A DNA stretch of 20,000 nt, taken from the NCBI GenBank assembly GCA_052055015.1, contig JBQJIT010000009.1; one strand, 5' to 3'. The notes under the pieces are model-generated. The model did no database searches. It was not told where the DNA came from and worked only from the letters and a program-made list of their open reading frames with translations. This stretch comes from Malassezia furfur (Eukaryota). Positions 10,046 to 18,055 of the stretch are shown piece by piece (positions within the stretch are counted from its first letter, which is position 1; every line of letters starts with the position of its first letter). A program made the translations under genes and the position numbers.

Positions 10046-10180
10046 CGACGTTTCGCTCCAAGTGCCGAGAGCGTCGTGGGGGCGACCGAGTCGACTCCCC
10101 AAAAAGCCACGTGCACAAGTCGTTTACCCCAGCCTATGCAATGAAAAGTGGGGGATGCGTGACCGGCGCGGTCAGACGGC

Positions 10181-11482
10181 CTACGGATGGTCGGCGAGCG
10201 TCTTGCGCATGCCCTGCAACAGATCGGCTTTGAGGTCCTCGACCTCCTCTATCCCGGTCGAGACACGGATCAGGCTCGGACTCTCGTCGGGCGTCGACAT
10301 GATGCGCTGCTCCATAAGCGACTCGACACCGCCCAACGAGGTGGCAGGCGTGAAGTAGGCGAGGTTGTGCGGCAGGTACTTGGCCCATACCTCCTTTTGA
10401 AGATAAATACCAAAGGTTGGCGAGGCACCGCCGGGCATCTGCTCCTTCGGGTCGAATGTCCGGTCTTCCAACCTGCTGTGCTCGTTCAAGTCCGAGTCGG
10501 CGTCGTGCCGCGGCTGCAATGACGAGTGGTAGACGCGTTGGACAAACTTGCCGTCCGTTAGCTCTGCAGGGACACCCTCTGGCGGTGTCTGGCCTTTGGT
10601 GAGCGAGAAGAGCCACTGCACAAGCTCGGTCGCGTTCTTGGACTGCTGGCGCACACGCAGCGACATGGTGCGCAGCGATCGCAGCAGCAGGTAGGACTCG
10701 AGCGAGCCCAACACGTACCCGTACACGGTGCGATCATGCCACATGGACTTAAACGCCTTGTAGTCCTTGGTTGCAACGACACCGGCAAGCACGTCCGAGT
10801 GGCCGCCAAAGTACTTGGTGCCTGAGTGCATCACAAAGTCGGCGCCCTGGTGGAAGGGGTTCTGCAGCGGTGGCGGGGCAAACGTGCTGTCCACGCCAAG
10901 ATAGCCATTGACCTCGTGAGCGCGCTTGGCATAGTGCGCAATGTCACGCGCCTCGCCGGTCGGATTGAGCGGCGACTCGACCCAGACAAGCAAACCGCCC
11001 TGGCGTAGCCCCGACTCGGAGTCGACCTTGCCCTCGATCGTCGGATACGGTTCGTCCAGGTCGATAAACTTGACATTGCGGCCGCGAGCATATACCTCTG
11101 CGACATTGTGTACACCAAAGTAGCCGCGGCGAATCGCAATCACGCTTGGGTTCACGGCGGTGATCACGGCGAGCGCCGCAGAGAGGCCCGAACTGAAGGT
11201 GAGTGCATGGCCCTCAAGAATGCTGCTCAACACTTCTTCAGTACGTAGGTTGGTATCCTGCGTATAGCGGCTGTACACGTTTACCGATGGCTTCTCCGGG
11301 GTGTCGAACGCACCAGCAATGCCCTTGCCGAGCACCGAGTCGGGATGCGGCTGGCGGAAGGTCGTGGAGAGTGACATCATGGGCGCGACCGAGTGCGCCG
11401 GGTCTTTGGAGTGATCCGGCTCATCGGCGTGCAGCAGACGAGTTTGCAGACTGGGCGCAGGAAGCTGGTTCGGGGCAGACAT
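10181..11482 (-). CDS. Cys/Met metabolism PLP-dependent enzyme (cystathionine gamma-synthase/lyase family), 433 aa
   Basis: Intronless; likely start MSAPNQLP at 11482. Motifs include YSRY, FSSGLSA, WVESPLNP, VDSTFAPP, the PLP-lysine motif HSGTKYFGGHSD, ATSLGGVESL and IRVSTGIE. Confidence 0.93.
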   Translation of the reverse strand: MSAPNQLPAPSLQTRLLHADEPDHSKDPAHSVAPMMSLSTTFRQPHPDSVLGKGIAGAFDTPEKPSVNVYSRYTQDTNLRTEEVLSSILEGHALTFSSGLSAALAVITAVNPSVIAIRRGYFGVHNVAEVYARGRNVKFIDLDEPYPTIEGKVDSESGLRQGGLLVWVESPLNPTGEARDIAHYAKRAHEVNGYLGVDSTFAPPPLQNPFHQGADFVMHSGTKYFGGHSDVLAGVVATKDYKAFKSMWHDRTVYGYVLGSLESYLLLRSLRTMSLRVRQQSKNATELVQWLFSLTKGQTPPEGVPAELTDGKFVQRVYHSSLQPRHDADSDLNEHSRLEDRTFDPKEQMPGGASPTFGIYLQKEVWAKYLPHNLAYFTPATSLGGVESLMEQRIMSTPDESPSLIRVSTGIEEVEDLKADLLQGMRKTLADHP

Positions 11483-11609
11483 GGCCGATTGCGTTACAAT
11501 CCCTGGGCAAGTAGGACAGTCCGAGCGCGACGTGCATGACTCGGAATTAGTGTTGCTGACTGTATTTCTTGTCCTCCACCGCGCCGGCGTTGGGCAGCGT
11601 GCACGTCCC

Positions 11610-12271
11610 ATGCAGATCCCCATTCTCCCGGAGCCGTTCCAGAGTGTAGGTGATGCGCTGATGCAGATCATTGCGTACTTTACGTCGACACCCATAAACG
11701 CCGGTCTCACCGGCCTGTTGTTGCTGTCGCTCTTTTGGCTGTTCTACGTGCCGCATCCGCTCGGCGAAGACTTTACGCCGCCCGTGTCGCAGGCACGTCA
11801 GCGGCTCGATACGAGCTCGGCGTACACCGCGCTGCCGCTCGACCACCCCAAATCGATCGAGTTTGTCTCGTACACTCCCAAGACCCTCGCGCTTTTTGAT
11901 GGAACGGGCAGTGAGCAGTCGCCGGACGGCAGCAAGATTCTCTTGGCGATCAACGGCAAGGTGTTTGACGTGTCGTCCGGCCGCAACTTTTATGGACCCG
12001 GAGGTCCTTACGGCAACTTTGCAGGCCGTGATGCGTCTCGCGGGATGGCCAAGCAGTCGTTCGATCTATGTATGTCACATGCTGACCCAGCCATGTTGAC
12101 GCCCCTCGACCAGCCGATTGACACGCTCGAGGACCTCACGGACAGCGAGCGGTACGTTCATGTGCTAACGATAGGAAAAACATGTTTGACTGGGAGTCGC
12201 ATTTCGCCGGAAAGTATGGCATTGTGGGCGAGCTGGTTAACGAGGGCCAGACCTCGCGCAGGCCACAGTAG
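11610..12271 (+). CDS. DAP1: Membrane-associated steroid/heme-binding cytochrome b5-like protein (Dap1/MAPR), 205 aa, 2 introns
   Basis: N-terminal TM helix, then ILLAINGKVFDVSSGRNFYGPGGPYGNFAGRDASRGMAKQSF. Introns are 12070-12090 and 12152-12174; removing the second restores ERKNMFDWESHFAGKYGIVGELV. TAG is at 12269-12271. Confidence 0.92.
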
Positions 12272-12308
12272 TCCGCCGCCGGCGCCGCCGATCGAACGAG
12301 TTTTGTAG

Positions 12309-13748
12309 ATGTGGAGGCTTGTGTGGCGTGGCGACATGCTTCGGTGCGGCGCCGCGAGCGCCGCGCGCGCGCGCCGCACTGCCCCGGCGCCTGCGTGCGC
12401 GCGCGGCTCACAGAGTGCCTCGGAGAAGCTCTTCCGCGATGCCGAGGCGGAGGAGGATGCCGAGGAGCGTGCGCGCGCGAAGATTCGCCGTGCGCAGCGC
12501 GCGTCAGAGCCGGTGTGGACGGGCGACGAGCGCATTGAGGACACGGTATTGCGCATGCTCGAGCACAAATACAAACCCCTGCGGCGTGGTGAAGATGGGC
12601 GTGCAGCGGAAAAAAAGCGGCTGGAGCGGGTGCCGCGACCCACCGTCCGGCCGCTCACGGCGCAGGACGAGGTAGGGGCGAATGGCGTCGTGATCCGACG
12701 TACCGGCGACAACCCCTGGGACCTGTTTTACTCGGCACAGCCGAAAAAAGAATCGCGCGTGTATCGCGGGCGTACCGATGTGGACCTGAAGCCGCCGGGG
12801 TCCGAGATGAAGCAGCAGCTCAATAAGATGGGCGTGTCGGTGCAGCACCTGCCGCGCGACGATCCCAAAGCCATGGGCAAGATCCGCGACACGCTGCGTA
12901 GCTCAGCGGTACGCGACCGAATCAAAACGGCGGTCGATAAGTCGATTCGGTACCCTGACCGCAAGAAACCCGCACCACCGGCCGACGCCGAGGAGGAAAG
13001 CGAGTCTACACCGCTGCTTGGTGTCGTGAGCACGGCCAAAGGCATGGCGGGCATCGCTGAGATGAAGATCGAGGAGGCACTGCGCAAGGGCACGTTCCAG
13101 AACAACTCGTTACGTGGCAAACCCATCCCATACGACTACAACGAGGGCAATGCACACCTGGGCCGCGAAGAATTCCTGCTGAACCGCATGGTGCAGCGGC
13201 AGAATGCCGCGCCGCCTTTCGTCGAGATGAACATGGACATGAAGAGCGAGGAGCGTGCGCTGCGGCAGCGCATCCAAGCAGCATGGCTCTGCCGCGCGCT
13301 CATTCGCCTCGAGCAGAGCGGCGCATGGCGGCGCATGGAGCCGGTCGCGGTCGCCTGGGAGGAGGACGACGCAAAGCCGAGCGAACTGCCGGCCTACACC
13401 CTGGATGTGACGAGCGACGCTCAGCGCGCGACCGTCGCGTGGGCACGCAGCTTCCGTGACACGCAGTGGGTACAGGAGCAGGCCGCGTACCATGCGGCGG
13501 CCGTCCAACAGCTCAACCAGGTCATCCGCCGCTACAACCACATTGCGCCCTACTTTGCGCGCAGATTACTCTATACCAAAGAAAGTTTTGTTGAGGACGC
13601 GCTCGACCGTGCGTTTCCGCTGCTCGTCGAGGCCGCCAGCGCGCGCCTCCGAGGCATGCGCGCGTCGGGTCCGGCCGCAGCATCTGCGCCCACGGCCGAG
13701 CGTCCACGCACGTCGTGGTGGGCATGGATCCGCGGGGGAGCCACATAG
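12309..13748 (+). CDS. DUF1992 / DNAJC28 conserved-domain protein, likely mitochondrial
   Basis: Intronless 479-aa ORF (alternative start 12336) with an Arg/Ala-rich presequence-like N-terminus. Motifs include WTGDERIEDTVLRML, AEMKIEEALRKGTFQNNSLRGKP, EEFLLNRMVQRQNAAPPFVE and LNQVIRRYNHIAP. Confidence 0.85.
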   Translation: MWRLVWRGDMLRCGAASAARARRTAPAPACARGSQSASEKLFRDAEAEEDAEERARAKIRRAQRASEPVWTGDERIEDTVLRMLEHKYKPLRRGEDGRAAEKKRLERVPRPTVRPLTAQDEVGANGVVIRRTGDNPWDLFYSAQPKKESRVYRGRTDVDLKPPGSEMKQQLNKMGVSVQHLPRDDPKAMGKIRDTLRSSAVRDRIKTAVDKSIRYPDRKKPAPPADAEEESESTPLLGVVSTAKGMAGIAEMKIEEALRKGTFQNNSLRGKPIPYDYNEGNAHLGREEFLLNRMVQRQNAAPPFVEMNMDMKSEERALRQRIQAAWLCRALIRLEQSGAWRRMEPVAVAWEEDDAKPSELPAYTLDVTSDAQRATVAWARSFRDTQWVQEQAAYHAAAVQQLNQVIRRYNHIAPYFARRLLYTKESFVEDALDRAFPLLVEAASARLRGMRASGPAAASAPTAERPRTSWWAWIRGGAT

Positions 13749-14666
13749 TTACATTACAATACACTGCGTGAGTCGCTGCACGTACCTCTTGCTCGTCGCC
13801 CGTAGCACTGCGCGCCATGTCACGCGTAAAGTTGGCGCTGCCGCCGCCGCGCGGACCGAAGAGGTTCACGACAAGCACACCGTGGTTCTTGGGATCGATG
13901 TGCGCCGCAATGTTGTACTTGCGCAGCAGATCCTCGACGGCCGGGCGGATCTTGGACACGTGGTCACGCGAGTGGATGCCTTTGCCGACAATGATGCGCA
14001 GTTCCGGCACGCCCTGCGCCTGCGCCTGCGCGACGACTTGGTCGACCTTCGCGAGCGCCTCCTTGACGTACAGGCCATGCACATCGATCGTGCCCGGCGG
14101 CGAGTCAGCGTTGTTGGCAGCATAAATCCACTCGACCGCCTGGGCGTTGAGCTGCTCCATCTGCTGCTTATGGTAATTGCCCTCGTCACTGAGCTGCTTG
14201 GCGCGCGCACGGTCGCCGTGGCTGTACGCCGACTTAGACTGGTCAAAGCACTTGGACATCTTGTCGCCCTCAGATCGTGCGCGGTTGCGCAGCTCCTTGT
14301 ACTGCGGGTTCTGCGCATTGACGTTGTTGTCGTCGAACGCGTGGATGTCGTTCGTGCCGAGAATCGCCTGCGTGTTGGGTGCGGGGCCGCCCACGGCGCC
14401 CGTTCCGGGCCCGGCGCCGTAGGCTGGTCCGGGAGCATAGCCGCCGCCCTGCGCATAGCCGCCCTGTGCATAGCTGCCGCCTTGGCCCCAGCCGCCCTGC
14501 GCCATGCCGGCGCCCATGCCAGCGCCCATGCCAGCGCCCGCGGCCGTCTGGAACTTGCGTCGTTTCAGCGCACGCAAAAGCTGTGTGAGCCCGTTATGCC
14601 TACCTTGCGCCCGATGCGCAAGAACATGCGCCGGTTGGACTTGACAAAGCGCAAAATTTCGTCCAT
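13749..14666 (-). CDS. DUF1771 + Smr domain protein (290 aa) ending in the CaaX motif CIVM
   Basis: Exon 1 is MDEILRFVKSNRRMFLRIGRK, followed by intron 14581-14603. DUF1771 (AYSHGDRARAKQLSDEG) and Smr (IDVHGLYVKEA..LRIIVGKGIHS..NHGVLVV) follow. After intron 13764-13785 comes the final exon TGT ATT GTA ATG TAA. Spliced length is 873 nt. Confidence 0.9.
13764..13785 (-). other. 22-nt terminal intron (GTACGTGCAGCGACTCACGCAG) preceding the CaaX micro-exon
   Basis: It matches the local donor and branch/acceptor consensus. Splicing yields ...DEQE-CIVM-stop. Confidence 0.85.
14436..14541 (-). repeat. Coding repeats (GAGM x3; QGGW/QGGS/YAQGG units) in the low-complexity N-terminus of the Smr protein
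   Basis: 12-bp GCGCCCATGCC(G/A) units and 15-bp GCATAGCCGCCC-like units are visible on the + strand. Confidence 0.7.
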
Positions 14667-14749
14667 CCTCGTGTCAAGCGTCGCGCAGATCAGTGGAGAA
14701 AAAAACGCGACGCGCATATGCATTCATTATATACATCCCCTCCACCTGT

Positions 14750-16914
14750 CTACGCGCCGCCGGGGCGAGGCAGCGGCCCCACCTGCACGCCGGCCGGCCG
14801 GCGCGGCTTTTGGGCCCTTTGCACGGCCTGATTGTGCCGTTTCATTGCCCGGCGCCACTTGGATTTGCCGCCGTGTCGTAGCCGCGTAAGCACGGTGCTC
14901 ACCGTGCCGAGCGACGCATTCGCCCACGGCGATTCCGTAGCGTCCTCGTCCAGTTCGCCCTTGCTACGCAACTTGTCCTCGAGCATCTGGATGGCGCGCG
15001 GGGACGCAGGCCGGCTCCGCCACTGTGCCATGCGACGCAGCCACAAAGGCGAGCGCCCCGCCGCGCTCGCCATCTTCGTCATAAAGGTGTCGCAGCCCCG
15101 CAGCGCATGCTCCCAATCCTCGGAACGGAGCACCTGCTTTTTCTGCCAGTAAGGCGACGTAGCACCCTGGTCCACCATCCAGTCAGGGTTGCGAGGGTAG
15201 TACGTCCCGACGTATTCATGACCATCACGCTGCAGCTTGAGGTAGCTTTGGTCCCAGCCGGCCAGTACAAACGTCTCATTTCCACAGTCGACCCACGCGT
15301 TGGGCGACGCCTTTTGCAGCTGGCGGCTGGGCGTGGCCTGCATGGCCGCATACAGCTCGGCAGGATTATCGTAGTCGACGAACGCAAACGTTGCCGACTC
15401 CCATGGCGAATGGGAAGCGCGCCGCGGGGCAACAGGCGTCTCCTTCTGCGCCCGCGACGCTTCTGCCCGCGCGCGAAGCGAGTCAATCGTCTCGTCTGCA
15501 TCAGCACATCACGTACCTTCGATTGGCTGCTCATCGTACAGACCAAAGAGCGTCGGAGTGCAGACCATATCATTGGCCAAATTCCCCACGAGATCGAGGA
15601 TCAGGCAGTCCTGCTTGCCCGTCTCGGGGCTCAGACGCATCCCCCGCCCAATCATTTGCGCAAACAGGTTCTGGGACTGGGTGGGTCGCGCGAGCAACAC
15701 ACAATCGATCGGTGGGACGTCGGCACCCTCGGTGAGGATCGCTGCGTCAGTCAGGACACGCACCGCAGTTGATCAGGACAGGAAAGTCGCCGCGCTGGAA
15801 TGCTTGGAGTAGCTCCTGGCGCTCGACAACGGGCACACCCGAATGGATGCCGCGTGCATCAATACCGCGCGCCTGGAACTCGTGGGTGAGAGCATGTACA
15901 TGGTCAATGTTCACCGCAAACACCAGCGTCGACCGCCGCACGCTGTGGGCGCGCTGGATCCACGTGCGTACAATCAGCTCGTTGATCGACGGCTCGTTGA
16001 TCACCTTGGCGAGCGACGCGACGTTGTAATCCGAGCCCACACGCGACACGGATGACAGGTCAAACTCGGCGTGCACGGCCGTAAAACGCAGCGGGCACAG
16101 CCTGGGTCAGGGACGTCACGTACCACTTTTCGTCCATCATCGCAAGGAAGTCCTTATGATACACGATTTCCTCATATACGGTACCGAGTGCCATGCCGTC
16201 GTGTCGACTGAACGTCGCCGAGAAGCCAATGATGGGTACAGCGTGCGGCTTTTTTGCCTCGGCGTCCGGGAGGGCCACACCGCCGTGAAAGTGCGCCAGG
16301 ACAGCGCGGTAAGATGCCGACGTGGAATGGTGTGCCTCGTCCACAATTACGCACTTGAACCGTGCCGGGTCGTACTTCTCAAGCCGGTTGGGTCGACAGA
16401 TGGATTGCACGGTCGCGACGGTGACATCGGCAAATCCTGACGCCTTGTGTTTCGTGCCCTGCTCTAGCTCTAAGCTGAGATGCGGCAGGATGCGCCGCAC
16501 AGTCGCGGCCGCCTGCTCCGCCAAGGCCACGGCGTTGACGAGGATAAGCACCTGGCCGGCACAATTCGGCGGAGGCGGCATCCGGTGCAGGAGCTCGGTG
16601 AACATGGTCGTCTTGCCGCTGCCCGTAGGTGAGGAGACGCCAATGCGGCTCACCCCGCGGCGCAGTGCAGCCAGGCATGTCTCGACGCACTCGGCTTGGT
16701 ACGGCCGGAGCACCACCGACGAAGCCGGTGCGGGCGGTGGAGCGGCGGCCGCAGTGTCAGCCAAGCCTGCAGTGCGACGCGCACCCACGTAGCTTGTAGA
16801 CCATAGAGTACGTATGCATGGACGTAAGGGGCGCACGTAGGCGCCTATGTGCGCCACACCGAGTCGCGCGCCTCGGCACCCCCCCACGACCAAGGCGCGT
16901 GCGGCGTGCTGCAT
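14750..16914 (-). CDS. IRC3: Irc3-like mitochondrial superfamily-2 (DExH) helicase, 699 aa, 3 introns
   Basis: Motifs are LRPYQ, PTGSGKT, DEAHH, GFSAT, TLVFAVNIDH, NCAILTEGADVP (across a splice) and QMIGRGMRLSPETGKQDCLILD; C-terminal LTRLRHGGK. Introns are 16102-16123, 15742-15763 and 15496-15516. Spliced length is 2100 nt. Confidence 0.88.
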
Positions 16915-16952
16915 ACCCACACCTCCACCCAGACCCGCGACGTGCCTCCTTG

Positions 16953-18055
16953 ATGACGACCCGCCCCGCGACTCATGCAGGGACCTGGTACTCGGCAGAT
17001 CGTACGCTCCCCCTCACTCACACAGCTGCGCAACTCGACAGGATGCTGTCGGACTGGCTCCAAACCGCTACGTCGGCGTCGGCTTCCGATGTGGCCACCG
17101 ACGCACAGACCCCCCGCATTGCGCAGCACCCGTTGGTGAAGGGATGCAAAGCAGTGATCGGCCCGTACGTGGCAAACGCTGACGCAGGCATGCCGGCTAC
17201 CGCTTTTCTGGTCCCTCGGCGGCGTGGGCATATGGCTGCATTGATCCCGAGACGATGTACGTCGCACGCCACTGACCCAGCCACCGTGTCATTGTGCTCG
17301 GTCCCTCGCACCACGCGTACTTGGATGGGTGCGCGCTCAGCCCGTACAAGAAGCTCGCGACGCCGCTCGGCGACCTGCGTGTGGACAAAGAGGTGAACGA
17401 TACGCTGCGCACCTCGAAGCTCTTTCGCCTGATGTCCGATGAGGTGGACGAGGACGAACACAGCATGGAGCTGCACTACCCCTACATCCGCAAGGTGTTT
17501 GGGGACCGCGACATTTCCGTGGTACCGATCCTCGTAGGCCACCTGTCAGCGGTCAAGGCGGCGCAGTTTGCCGAAGTGCTTGCGCCGCACGTCGCTGACC
17601 CAGCGACGCTGGTGGTGGTCTCGACCGACTTTTGTCACTGGGGCGAGCGCTTCCGCTACACGTACTACCAAGGCGAGGACGACGCGACGCCTGTGCTGCT
17701 CTCGTCGCGCACGTCGCGTGAGCAGTACGCCAAGCGCCCCATCCACGCGTCGATCGCGGCGTTGGACGCCGCGGCCATGACCGCCATCTCGTATAGCCCG
17801 ACGCCGGATGCGCCCGTGGTGCACACAAGTGCCGCGGATGCACGCAAGGCATTTAGCGCGTACCTGTCGCGCACGGGCAACACCATCTGCGGCCGCAACC
17901 CGCTGATGCTCCTGCTGGCGACGCTCGCGCACCTTGAGGCACAGCAGCAGGGCTCGTTTGTGTGCAAGTTCACCCACTATGCGCAGAGCGGCGCGGTGCA
18001 AGTGCCGAGCGACAGCTCTGTGTCGTATGCGGCAGGCTATGTACAGCAGGTGTAA
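16953..18055 (+). CDS. MEMO1: MEMO1 / Mho1 family protein, 343 aa, 3 introns
   Basis: Motifs are RPATHAGTWY, IGPHAGYRFSG (across a splice), LGPSHH, DEDEHSMELHYPY, STDFCHWGERF, NTICGRNP and YAQS..DSSVSYA. Introns are 17002-17025, 17165-17187 and 17257-17280. Confidence 0.95.

Noticed and set aside
11481..11710. N-terminal extensions of the PLP enzyme (to 11710) and Dap1 (from 11481) making the genes overlap
   Set aside because: The extensions lack family similarity. Starts at 11482 (-) and 11610 (+) give a normal 127-bp divergent spacer.
13522..13763. C-terminal extension of the Smr ORF to 13522
   Set aside because: It results from reading through the 22-nt terminal intron, antisense to the DUF1992 gene. 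It is kept only as a possible retention isoform.
6665..14666. Functional cluster of RAM2 (prenyltransferase), DAP1 (sterol pathway) and a CaaX substrate
   Set aside because: The genes are interspersed with unrelated housekeeping genes and no shared regulation is visible. This is probably chance unless synteny is conserved.
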